Virus record (IMG/VR): IMGVR_UViG_3300033156_001279
Span: 13,069-77,068 of that record
DNA: 64,000 bases
Direction: 5' to 3' (one strand)
Origin: a virus
Taxonomy: Duplodnaviria > Heunggongvirae > Uroviricota > Caudoviricetes
Made by a program: the position numbers and the translations under genes. Positions 20,163 through 30,100 of the stretch are shown piece after piece (the first letter of the stretch is position 1; each line of letters opens with the position of its first letter). The notes beneath the pieces are model-generated. The model ran no database searches. It saw only the letters and a list, made by a program, of their open reading frames with translations, and was not told where the DNA came from.

Positions 20163-21306
20163 TGAATTTTTCGAATTTATTTTTCAAATTCCTATAAGTC
20201 TCATCATCAGGAATTATTAATCTTCCACCTTTATAATACATCTTTACCGAATCCAATATTCTTTCTGGGGTAATAATTTCAAAACATCTTGGAACTTCCC
20301 CCTTATCCGTCTTAATTAGATTTTTACACTTTCCTTTTATCGAACCTCCTAACCAACAACCATCCCATTTACAACATTCCATACAACCATTGGAATAGAT
20401 ATATTGAATATGCGGATAGATTTGCCAAAGGACTCCTTCTTTTCCCCCAGCTACAACTACTGCTGGCTGTTCAAATGCAGCAGACATTTCGAATTGAAAT
20501 GAGATAGGTCCAATAGTTCCTTCAGCCCAATATCCAAGCCTGATTAATTCTCTGAGATTGGTCTTGCCAACTAAATTTAAGACTCCTTTTAAGGGAGGAT
20601 GAATATGAGCTTGATGCCCTATCTGAACTAACTTAACTCGACCATCAAAATAATTATTAAACAAATCAACAAACTCCTGCCAGCGATGATATTGTTTTAA
20701 TTCATTATCTTGTTTTCTGCCAGCATTTATAAGCCAAAATGGTCCATCCCATCCAAATTCACAATGAACTTGATTATACCAACTTTTTTCTTGCTCTGAT
20801 ATCCATAATTCTGGTTTTATACCAGTCTTTTTGATTGGAATTTCAAGTTTCTTTTCCAGTTCATGCCTGAAAGCATCTGAAAAATGCAGACCATTCCAAC
20901 CAGATTGGTGAATTTCTTCATATCCAATATTGAAAATCTCCACTCCTTCATCATTTTCATTTAAAGGACTCAATCTTGGATTATTCTCCCAAATTTCGGG
21001 AGCGGGAGATCTGATATCAATTTGATAATTTGGATAACTTTCCTTTAAATCACCAACAGCTCTGGTAAATACTAAAATATCGCCGGGCGATTGGCCTTGT
21101 CTAAGGATTACTTTTCTTTTCTTTTTAACTATTTCGGGATGAGCTTCTGCCCATAACTCCCATGGTGTTTTTGCATCAATATAATTTATTGGAAACATAT
21201 TTAAAAAGGAAAGGAGAGAATCAAGAGGTTTCTCAAGATTCTCTCCTATTTTTGGAGAAGATTCAATTATCAAAAAGTTCATCGAGGCTGATAGCAGAAG
21301 TTCCAA
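20155..21306 (-). CDS. GT9-family heptosyltransferase-like glycosyltransferase
   Basis: ILRQGQSPGDILVFTRAVGDLKESYPN and a C-terminal ...LVGKTNLRELIRLGYWAEGTIGPISFQ block resemble ADP-heptose:LPS heptosyltransferases. Confidence 0.45.
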   Translation of the reverse strand: MELLLSASMNFLIIESSPKIGENLEKPLDSLLSFLNMFPINYIDAKTPWELWAEAHPEIVKKKRKVILRQGQSPGDILVFTRAVGDLKESYPNYQIDIRSPAPEIWENNPRLSPLNENDEGVEIFNIGYEEIHQSGWNGLHFSDAFRHELEKKLEIPIKKTGIKPELWISEQEKSWYNQVHCEFGWDGPFWLINAGRKQDNELKQYHRWQEFVDLFNNYFDGRVKLVQIGHQAHIHPPLKGVLNLVGKTNLRELIRLGYWAEGTIGPISFQFEMSAAFEQPAVVVAGGKEGVLWQIYPHIQYIYSNGCMECCKWDGCWLGGSIKGKCKNLIKTDKGEVPRCFEIITPERILDSVKMYYKGGRLIIPDDETYRNLKNKFEKFND

Positions 21307-22045
21307 ATCTAGAAATTACAATTCCTGCTGCCTTGTTAGCAAGCTCCATCATTTTTCTAGGATTCCTTATTCCATTTAAAAGACAAAAAATCAGAATCGA
21401 CATTACGGTATCACCTGCACCTGTAACATCAATGACTTCTTTGACATCTGCTGGAACATTTTCAACAAACTTTCCATTCTCATAATAATCAATTCCTTTC
21501 TCAGCCCGAGTAATAAATGCTTGAGGAAAATCAGGATTTTTAGCTTCAGCAAATTCAAACTGATTAATCTTAAGAATTTCAGTTCCCTTAAAAACAGAGA
21601 GGTCTTTCTTTTTGGAGTCAACTATAGTTGCCTTACCGCCTTTTATGAATCCTTTATCATAATCTACAAAAGCAATAACTTCGAAATCACAAGGATTGGG
21701 TAATAGGATTCCTTCTAAATCTTCTGGTCGATAAACCGAAGGCTCATCTATCCTCAGTAATTGTTGACGTTGAGCTACTATTCTTGTCTTTCTCAGAGAT
21801 TGACACCTTTTGGGACTAATGATTTCGAAATCAAAATCTCTTGCAAATTCATCATCAATGATAGTAAATACAACTGGAATTATTCCCAACCCCATCAGAT
21901 TAATTGCTACATTAAGAGCTCCACCAGCTCTAATCTCTGTCCGCTCAACATCTATAATTGGAACAGGAGCTTCAGGAGAAATTCTTTCAACTTTTCCAAA
22001 ACGATATTCATCAATGAAACTATCACCGACGATAGCAACCTTCAT
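21263..22045 (-). CDS. PfkB-family sugar kinase (HldE kinase-domain-like, heptose-7-phosphate kinase type)
   Basis: DVTGAGDTVMS (the PfkB DTxGAGD motif). N-terminal MKVAIVGDSFIDEY...GGALNVA. Confidence 0.6.
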   Translation of the reverse strand: MKVAIVGDSFIDEYRFGKVERISPEAPVPIIDVERTEIRAGGALNVAINLMGLGIIPVVFTIIDDEFARDFDFEIISPKRCQSLRKTRIVAQRQQLLRIDEPSVYRPEDLEGILLPNPCDFEVIAFVDYDKGFIKGGKATIVDSKKKDLSVFKGTEILKINQFEFAEAKNPDFPQAFITRAEKGIDYYENGKFVENVPADVKEVIDVTGAGDTVMSILIFCLLNGIRNPRKMMELANKAAGIVISRFGTSAISLDELFDN

Positions 22046-22046
22046 C

Positions 22047-23030
22047 TCAGCCTCCTTTCTGAAATTGGAAGCTTCTCCTTTTCAAAGAGCTATTCTTAAT
22101 TTGTCGGATTAAATTAGTTGTTGAAAAACCTTTCAAAAGAGGAATTATTACTACTTTACCCCCCGACTTTCTTACAAAATCAGCACCAACTACTGTTTTC
22201 AAAGTATAATCACCTCCCTTAACTAGTATATCAGGTTTGATATTCTCAATCAAATTCAAGGGACTATCTTCATCAAAAATCTCAACTCTATCTACAAAAC
22301 TAATCGCTTCTAAAAGTTCTTTCCGCAATTTTTCCCCAATGATTGGCTTTCTTTTCCACCTCTTTGCTGAATCATCAGAATTAATTCCGACAATTAATTT
22401 ATCTCCAAGTTTCCTAGCTTTTCTCAGGAGATGCAAATGACCCGAATGTAATAAATCAAATACTCCATTGGTAAATACAACACTCTTTTTTCTGAATAAT
22501 GCGCTATAAATATCTTCCCTGATTCCAGATTCTGTTTCAGGATAACCAGACTTAATAAGTTTGAAACCTCTAACTTGAAAGAATAAGTCTAAACTCCGCT
22601 CTGTAAAATAATGTAAATGCTCTCCAGTCTGATATTTGAGATGTTTCCAACCATCCAAATTCTTTCCGAATGGTAAAATGGGAACGGTAACAAAAACATA
22701 ATCAGTCATTTGGAATAAGCTATCAAGTACTAAAAAATCAGGAATATGCTCCAAGACATCACAAAGAAAAATCAGATCATAATGACTATGTCTGATTCCC
22801 GTATACTGAATTGGAAAATCTCCAATATCATAAGTATCAACCACTGTACCTTTAGGCTTAAAATCTTTTAGCAGATTCAAACCCGCTCCATAATCAAGAA
22901 CTGTTTTGGGTTTTATTTCTTCAACAAAATTCCAACGCAGTTCATTAATTACTTTTGCCGTTTCCATATTCAATTTTTTCATATATTCCCAATATTGTTT
23001 TCCATATGGGAAGGAATCTCTTTTAGACAT
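22047..23030 (-). CDS. bifunctional methyltransferase-like / cytidylyltransferase-like nucleotidyltransferase (HldE adenylyltransferase-domain-like)
   Basis: C-terminal VVFTNGVFDLLHSGHLHLLRKARKLGDKLIVGINSDDS carries the HxGH motif of the cytidylyltransferase family (RfaE domain II / TagD). N-terminal SAM-MTase-like VLDYGAGLNLL...LIFLCDVLEHI. The start is placed at the ATG at 23028-23030, which is preceded by an AAAGGAGG Shine-Dalgarno. The ORF track's TTG-extended ORF runs to 23081. Confidence 0.6.
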   Translation of the reverse strand: MSKRDSFPYGKQYWEYMKKLNMETAKVINELRWNFVEEIKPKTVLDYGAGLNLLKDFKPKGTVVDTYDIGDFPIQYTGIRHSHYDLIFLCDVLEHIPDFLVLDSLFQMTDYVFVTVPILPFGKNLDGWKHLKYQTGEHLHYFTERSLDLFFQVRGFKLIKSGYPETESGIREDIYSALFRKKSVVFTNGVFDLLHSGHLHLLRKARKLGDKLIVGINSDDSAKRWKRKPIIGEKLRKELLEAISFVDRVEIFDEDSPLNLIENIKPDILVKGGDYTLKTVVGADFVRKSGGKVVIIPLLKGFSTTNLIRQIKNSSLKRRSFQFQKGG

Positions 23031-23058
23031 GTTGACCTCCTTTCTTGTTAGGAAACTT

Positions 23059-23157
23059 GGAGAGACGTAATTTCCCAACAACCTTAAGGTCTCTCCAAAC
23101 CATTAGATATCATAAACTCCTTTTAGTGAAGTCTCCTTCTAATGGTTAACTTAAGGA
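23059..23157 (-). terminator. two adjacent hairpins downstream of the major capsid gene (candidate terminator/attenuator)
   Basis: Inverted repeats GGAGAGAC...GTCTCTCC (23059-23096) and AACCATTAGA...TCTAATGGTT (23098-23157), between the MCP stop and the glycan-island start. Confidence 0.3.
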
Positions 23158-23176
23158 TTTAATAAACTATTGAGAC

Positions 23177-24121
23177 TTAGAGCGACCAATCGGGATTACA
23201 ACCGTAAGCATACTGCCACATTCCAAAGCCAACATTTCCCCTGAAATCAACTCCGAAATAGAGTTTCTTTTTCAAGAAACTATCAGTATTATCCTTAGTC
23301 AGACTATCAAAGGTAATATCTCGTCTGATTTGAAGGATAATAGGTTTAACAATTCCAGTGGTATCTATAACAGCCCAGAAATTAGTATCTACATATGGAG
23401 TAACATAAAGATCCAGAGCTCCTTTCAGAACGTTCGTTGCAAGTTTGGTTCCTTCAACCTCTGTTGGGTAGTATTGGCTATTCAGAATTTCTCGAGCAGT
23501 AAATTGCTGACTTGGATTAACTATCAAGAGATTAGGTCTAACTTCAAGTGGATTTCCCTTATCATCCACCCATTGCATCATTTCTTCAATTACAGTTTGA
23601 AGATTATCAGCAGTCAATTCCAGGTTATCTCCATTTCGTTGAGTTCCAGATTCACCTTCTTCATGAGAATCTGAAAAGAAAGCCTGACCATCATAACAGG
23701 AAATATCTTTGCCTTCAAGAATTGTTCCATCTTCTCCTGTGGTGTTATCCCCTTGGTTTAATAAGGTATATACCATTTTGCCCCAGAACCTTCCAGCTTT
23801 ATTTGCCAAATCTCTTACTCTGATATTAATCTGGCCATACTGTTCATCTTCCAATGCATCTCTATCCACAGAAATAGAACTTTCCCAAGATCGATTCCTA
23901 ATGGAGAAATGATGTTCTAAAAGACCCTGTGGAACTCTTTCGTCTACCCATTCATGTAAGTCAGGTACCGCACCCAACCAAGGATAGGTTTCTTCACTCT
24001 TGGTTGAGTTTATTCTAGTAGCAATTCTTTCCCATTCAGCTTCATGCTTTCTAAACTCTTTCATGAATGTCTTTCTCATTCCAGCCTCTAATAGTTTTGG
24101 AATATCAGATTTTACTAACAT
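23177..24121 (-). CDS. major capsid protein
   Basis: 314 aa, immediately downstream of the protease/scaffold and a small head protein. Size and composition fit HK97-fold or Mu gpT-like capsid proteins. Confidence 0.5.
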   Translation of the reverse strand: MLVKSDIPKLLEAGMRKTFMKEFRKHEAEWERIATRINSTKSEETYPWLGAVPDLHEWVDERVPQGLLEHHFSIRNRSWESSISVDRDALEDEQYGQINIRVRDLANKAGRFWGKMVYTLLNQGDNTTGEDGTILEGKDISCYDGQAFFSDSHEEGESGTQRNGDNLELTADNLQTVIEEMMQWVDDKGNPLEVRPNLLIVNPSQQFTAREILNSQYYPTEVEGTKLATNVLKGALDLYVTPYVDTNFWAVIDTTGIVKPIILQIRRDITFDSLTKDNTDSFLKKKLYFGVDFRGNVGFGMWQYAYGCNPDWSL

Positions 24122-24123
24122 AA

Positions 24124-24624
24124 TTATGCACTCTCAGAAGAGCTTGAAAATGAACTGCTTGAGAAACTAGAACTAGAAGAACTCCAAGATTTTTGAGCAT
24201 ATTCACCTATTCCACCTTGAATATCAACTTTCACAGTAGAACTATCAATGAATTTCACTACTTGTCCAACCACAAGATCATTTGTGACATCTCCTACTTC
24301 ACCAACAGTATTATCGTCTACCACAAAGACTTGATCTCCAACTACTCGTTGAGCAGCTCTAAATGCTGTAGCAAACTTGAATACTCCTCTTCTATGAACT
24401 CTGACACTTCTATCTCCACTCTTATCATTATCAGGTGCTTCAGATTTCTCTGCTGCAACCCCTACCACCACACTATTGGCGGCATCAGTTGCCGCTCTCA
24501 GATAACCATCAGCTCCAACCATAACAATTGCACCTTTGTAGATATCCTCATCTGCATAAATCTTATATCTAATCAAATCTCCCTCTTGTCGTTCAGCCTC
24601 ATAATCGTCTGTTAACGCAGCCAT
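24124..24624 (-). CDS. head protein (decoration-like) with C-terminal poly-Ser tail
   Basis: 166 aa ending SWSSSSSSFSSSSFSSSSESA. The same Ser-rich motif occurs in the 1-1972 fiber. Confidence 0.35.
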   Translation of the reverse strand: MAALTDDYEAERQEGDLIRYKIYADEDIYKGAIVMVGADGYLRAATDAANSVVVGVAAEKSEAPDNDKSGDRSVRVHRRGVFKFATAFRAAQRVVGDQVFVVDDNTVGEVGDVTNDLVVGQVVKFIDSSTVKVDIQGGIGEYAQKSWSSSSSSFSSSSFSSSSESA

Positions 24625-24664
24625 TATTTAAGATTTTTAAATTTTTTAAGAACTGACCTTTAAC

Positions 24665-27109
24665 TTAGAAAGGAGTTGATTCACCTTCCTTTTTTTTCTC
24701 ATCTTGAACTTCTTTCCAAACTTCTTTTTGAATATCTTCATCCAATTCCATTGCTTCCATTACCTTCTTCCCATCCTCAGGAATTTCAGAAGTTTTTTCT
24801 CTCTCTTCTTTATCTTCATTAATTATACCTTCTTCTGATAAAGAAAAGATTGACTTTTTAGATTTCAGGAATTTTTCTAAAGCTTTACCAACCATTACTT
24901 TCTTTCCATCTTCCAATTCTATTTTGGAATCAGAACCAAGTAATGGAAGTAAAAGTTCTCTTTCTGTAGGAGTTACTTTTCCCATCCTGAGAAGAGCGTT
25001 ATATCTTTTCTCGGCTAAATCAACTTCTTTTTCTTCAGAATTCTCTTCAGTGGAAGTTTCTTCAGTTACAGATTCTTCAGATTCAGATTCCTCTTTTTCT
25101 TCTTCCTCGGTATCTTGACCAACTTTAGAAGACTCAGACTCTTCTTTCTCTGAAGTTTCTTCTGAAGTTTCCTCCGAAGTTTCCTCTGAAGTTTCATCTT
25201 CATTTAATTCCAATTTCTTCTCTATCCTTCTTATTTTCGAACTAATTTCCTCTTGGGTCAAGGGAGGTTCGGAATTCAGAATTGGAATAACCAATTTACC
25301 CTCAAAATTTTCTGAAAGCGGAACAAAGTTTTCCATTCCTTTGATATAAGGTTCGGTAACTAAGGCCGCATGAAATAAAGTCGGACCAATCCTTTCCCCT
25401 GTATCCTTTCTCATATAATCTTCAACAAAACTAGCTGAGATTCCATTAATCAAACCCTTTTTGATTCTTTCCGCAACTGCATCATCTTTCACTTCAATAA
25501 TTGCAGAAAGTTTGGTTCCATCTTTTGAAAGTTCCAAATCATTAACCTGACCTGCATTCTTCATTGGCTCGTCACCAACAGGATGTCCCAAAGGAACAGT
25601 AACATTATCAAGAACTCCTTTTTTAAAATTCTCATACAGCTTTCTTAGTGTCTCTTTTGAAACTTTCAAAATTCCATTTTTACTCGATTCATGAAACCAA
25701 GAACCAACTCTCAATATCTCCTTTTTAAATCTATTCCCTTCGCTAAGTTTGATTAATCCATTGTTATAAACTCGGTAAATCAAATCTTGATTTTCAGCCA
25801 ATTCTTTTTTAGGACTAGGATATGCTGAAGGATACTTTTCTTTTAGACTGATAATTTTCTCACGAATCTTTTTTAACTTGGTAGCAATCTTTTCATCGGC
25901 TTCTTTAATTATAGAATCAAGATCTCCTAAAATTGAATCAAGATTAGTCGTAGCCTTCCGAACTGGATAAGGATAACCATAAGGATAACGGTAAGGATAA
26001 CGGTAGGGATATTGATAAGGATATTGATAGGGATATTTAGAAGGATATTTTGGATATTTAACCGTTCTTTTGGCCTTCTCAGTTTTTCCGCTACAAATTT
26101 TGGCAGCTTCTTTCATTGATTTTCCAGCCTTCATCTCCTTTTTCATACAATCGGTATAAGCTGATTTTTCGAGTTTAGTTATTTTACCAGCTTTCTTAAC
26201 TTTCTTGCTACATATCTTTGCTGCTTCTTTAAATGGAGTTCCTTTCTTAAGCTCTTTTTTCATACAATCGGTGTAAGCGGATTTCTCTACATAAATTTTC
26301 TCAGTTAATTCAGTTTTTTCTTCTTCCTCATCGTCATCCTCTTCCTCATCTTCTTCATCTTCCTCATCCTTGTCTTCCTTATCATCCTCTTCCTTTTCAG
26401 TTTCTTCCTCTTTGTCCTCACCTTCTTCTTTATCCTCGACTTCTTCCGTATCCTCTTCAGACTCATCAGTTCCCTCTTCCTCAGTTTCCTCCTCTTCCTT
26501 AGTCCCTTCGGCCTCCGTTTCTTCAGTTTCTTCTTTATCATCTTCTAAACTTTCCTCTTCAGTTTCACTTAACTCTTCGAAATCTTCTTCTAAATTTTTG
26601 TTCATGGTTTTTTCAGCCATATCAATAGCTTTGGATACATACCATCGAATGGCTTTTGCTTCTGGATTTGCACCTTGCGGAACTAATGATACTTCCTCAA
26701 TATGCAAATCCTTAATTACTCTTAATTTCAAATCAGGAAATAACTCGACCTTTTCTCCATATTTTATCTCTCCTTTGACCGAGAGGCTATTTAGTTCTCC
26801 TGATTTGATTTTATCTATAATTTTTGGTTTATCTACTTCAGTCTTAATCCAAATTTTCCCTTTCCTGAAAACACAATCAAGAACTTTTCCTATTTCTTCT
26901 TTTGTATGGTTCAAACAGAATTTTCCATATTCTTTGAAATCCTTTATGCTTTTCCTTAAAGCTTTATCAGTAATAATATCATTCTGTAAATCAAAATCAT
27001 TCGCAACAGCAAATCCTTCAAGAATAAATCTTTCTTTTTTCTCTTTTTTCTCACTCAAAAAAAGTGGAAATTGAAATTCTATTTTTGGATAATATAATAA
27101 CTTGTTCAT
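24665..27109 (-). CDS. prohead protease (HK97 gp4/S78-like) fused to acidic repeat-rich scaffold region
   Basis: N-terminal FILEGFAVANDFDLQNDIITDKAL...LNHTKEEIGKV...LNSLSVKGEI and a second S78-like segment ...PLGHPVGDEP...GQVNDLELSKDGTKLSAIIEV...IKKGLINGISASF. Between them lie a poly-E/D tract, duplicated KSAYTDCMKKE.K.G..KEAAKICS modules, a YPYQYPYQYPYRYPYRYPYGYPYP repeat, and C-terminal ETSE x4. Confidence 0.5.
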   Translation of the reverse strand: MNKLLYYPKIEFQFPLFLSEKKEKKERFILEGFAVANDFDLQNDIITDKALRKSIKDFKEYGKFCLNHTKEEIGKVLDCVFRKGKIWIKTEVDKPKIIDKIKSGELNSLSVKGEIKYGEKVELFPDLKLRVIKDLHIEEVSLVPQGANPEAKAIRWYVSKAIDMAEKTMNKNLEEDFEELSETEEESLEDDKEETEETEAEGTKEEEETEEEGTDESEEDTEEVEDKEEGEDKEEETEKEEDDKEDKDEEDEEDEEEDDDEEEEKTELTEKIYVEKSAYTDCMKKELKKGTPFKEAAKICSKKVKKAGKITKLEKSAYTDCMKKEMKAGKSMKEAAKICSGKTEKAKRTVKYPKYPSKYPYQYPYQYPYRYPYRYPYGYPYPVRKATTNLDSILGDLDSIIKEADEKIATKLKKIREKIISLKEKYPSAYPSPKKELAENQDLIYRVYNNGLIKLSEGNRFKKEILRVGSWFHESSKNGILKVSKETLRKLYENFKKGVLDNVTVPLGHPVGDEPMKNAGQVNDLELSKDGTKLSAIIEVKDDAVAERIKKGLINGISASFVEDYMRKDTGERIGPTLFHAALVTEPYIKGMENFVPLSENFEGKLVIPILNSEPPLTQEEISSKIRRIEKKLELNEDETSEETSEETSEETSEKEESESSKVGQDTEEEEKEESESEESVTEETSTEENSEEKEVDLAEKRYNALLRMGKVTPTERELLLPLLGSDSKIELEDGKKVMVGKALEKFLKSKKSIFSLSEEGIINEDKEEREKTSEIPEDGKKVMEAMELDEDIQKEVWKEVQDEKKKEGESTPF

Positions 27110-27121
27110 AGGGTCAAGAGT

Positions 27122-30100
27122 TTATTTGGGCTTTGGAAGTTCGCTTTTCTTTAAAACCCAAAACTTGCTGGCATCTTCCCTTTCTAAAATCCACAGACCT
27201 TTTAATTTTTTGCCTTTAAATTCAAATTTTTTAAAAGAATCAGAATCTTCATAAACGACTGCTTTCCCTTTATCTATTATCTTAATATATGAACTCGTTG
27301 CCTTAGTTGGGTTCGCTTCTTCTATTCCAGGTGGTAATTTTGCCAATTCCTTTTCTGACATTTTTGCTCTTTCATTTGCAGGCGGAAGATACTGAGAGAC
27401 TTCCATCCATTCTTTATATTTACAAGGTTTCCATATCGCTGTAATCTCTTTATTTTTTAAAGGATTTTGACTAAGAACAAAATGCATCAAGCCTTCCCTT
27501 TCAGGAAAATTGAATCTCAAATCCCAATGTTCTTTTGAGATTCCCGCTCTAATAACCCTTTGTCCGCGCCACCAATGCCACTGCAAAACAAAGGAAACTG
27601 TTTTTGCCTTTTCAATCTGTAAAAGTTCAACCATAATCAACTTCATATCGTTGGGTCTTTTTCTCAACCAAGTTATAATATCCTTCAGCCATTCTTTCTT
27701 AAGTGGATGAAGCTCTTTGAACTCTTGTAGTGCTTTCTCAACCCGTTTAACTTTTTCCGGGTAAGGAGTTCGAAGCCAAAAAGTTAAAATCTGTTGGGAC
27801 AAAACATATCGATAAGCAGCCCTTGCCCAACTTGCACCTGGGTTCAATTTTTTTTCAACAAGTTCTTTTCCAAGTTTTTCAACTAACTTATCTCTAACTT
27901 CTAACCTTTTCTTTTTATCTTCAAATTTCCAATACTGAAATTCTTTGGAAATTTTCTTTTTTATCTTTTCTGGTAGAGCAGAAATATTCTTTGGAGGAAT
28001 CCATTTTTTCTCAACAGCCACATCTGAAATAACATAAGGTGTTTCGTCTAATGGCTTAACAAGGAACCATGATGCTTCTTCTCTAAATTTTGTTTCTCTT
28101 GCTGGAGGTATAACTTCCTGCTTCTCTATCTTTCCTCGAAATTCAGCAGGTCTTAATTGCCTGAAAAACCACCTGCCCTTGAGTTTGCCACCAGAAAAGA
28201 AGTATTCATGGAAATAAGACTTTTGAGTTCCGCATTCGCAAAAACCCCTATCAATGATATGAAAAACTCCAGGGTATTCTTTCGTTGCCCCCACTTCTCC
28301 TTTTGGTGTTATACCTTCGACATTCAGCCACTCCACTGGCTCCCTTGATTTCCTCATCGCTGCTATTTCAGCATATTTTTCTTTGAATCCAGGCTTAATC
28401 CCAGGCCTTAATTTGGGAATACCTTTCTTCCAATCTATTTTCCAGATATCTTGGGCATCATATTTTTTCGCTTCAGCTATTGAAAGAACTGGCTCTTTGA
28501 TTTTTCCCTTGATTTGGTCAGCGATAGTCCAACCAATAAGAAATTCATTATACTTAAACCTCAAATCGGAATGGCAACTTTTACCCCTATAGTGATGCTG
28601 AACTACATACTTTTTCTTTCCTTCTGGCTTGGGATATTCCATATAAGGGTCAGCTAGTTTTTCAACCTTAAGCTTGGTCTTCATATATTTTTCTGCTCGC
28701 TTCCAGCATTCATACCAAGAGCCAGTCTTTTTCTTTGGTTTTATATCAATTCCAATACTATGCAAAACATCAACTATCTTAGCAAAATATCTCAAAATAT
28801 CTTCCATTGTCCAATCACCCCATTTTTTTCCTGCTTTTAATCTTGGAAAGCCAGCATTGCCCAAATATCTCAGATCTGCTATCAATTCTCTTTTTCTTTT
28901 CTTTGGATTTTTCAAATCTTCATCCATTCCTTCACTTCTAAATTGTTCCAAATGAAGTTTTTCTATTTCAGATAGATAAATAATCTTTCCTTCTTTCGTA
29001 ATCTCCTTCTCCTGTAAACAATAATTCTTCTTTGCTCGCTCAATCGTTTCTCTAACCGTATCTGCTTTCCTATCTACCTTACGCATTACTCTCGGAGCCC
29101 AAACCGAAATTCTCCAAGTATCATCTGTCAAATCATGTTCAGCATTCAGAGTTTCACCCTCAATCTCCAAGACATCTCCTTTATTAGCTTTTAAAGAGGT
29201 AGAGAAAGTTCTACCAGAACGGTGATAGAAAACATTGCCAAGTTTTTCTGTCTTCATTTTGTATTTTCCAGGTTCTAAACCGAAATAATAGTTATATACT
29301 TCTTTTACTTTGGTCTCTTTGATTTCAAGAACCTTGCCATAAACTGCTGTTGAATTATGAAATTTTACCATCCCACTCCGTATACCTTTGAGATTAAATT
29401 TGAAATCTCTTGTCTTACAAACATTGCCTTCTGAACCTGGTAGTCGTCTTAAAAATTCTGTATGTTTTCTTAGTTCCCTTCTGTTTTTTGAAAGAAGATA
29501 AGGGGCAAAATTCAATTTCATTTTTGTATCTGGAATTTTCCATGTTCTTTGCTTAAAAGGCAAAGACTCAAGTAACTTTAATCTTTTTTCAAAAGACTCA
29601 TTATGGATATCAATTTTAAAATAAGGCATATCATAAACATTAGCAACCACATGAGAATCATCAGGCATTCCTTTTTGATGCATATAACCAGCAATTACTT
29701 CTCTTGGTTTATGGTCATTGTCTTCCCACCATTCTAATTCGGCCATCAATACACAATCTTCTTTAGTTAATCTTTTCACTTCTTCAATCAAAGTAGGCAA
29801 TCTGTTAGTTATGATTTCACCATCTTCCGAAAAGATTTTTATTTCATTTCCTTTTTTATGCAACTCACAATTAAATCCATCATACTTCTTAGTTGAATAA
29901 AAAGGATATTTCCCTATTCCCTCCATTACTTCAGTAAATAAAACAATCGTTTGTCTTTTTTCTGGATAATACCCTCTTGTGGGTTTTAACGGCAAGAAAA
30001 ATCTGAACAATTTAATTTTATCTTCTCTTGCTGAAGTCTCAGCATCCTTGACCGCTGAAGCAACTCGGGGTTTTTCTCTTAGTTCTTTTTCAATTTCAGA

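Noticed and set aside
26305-27074. K/R-rich 78-aa ORF (26305-26541, minus) and S-rich 234-aa ORF (26370-27074, plus)
   Set aside because: Both are alternative-frame or antisense readings of the GAA/GAT-rich acidic repeat region of the protease/scaffold gene. They are compositional artefacts.
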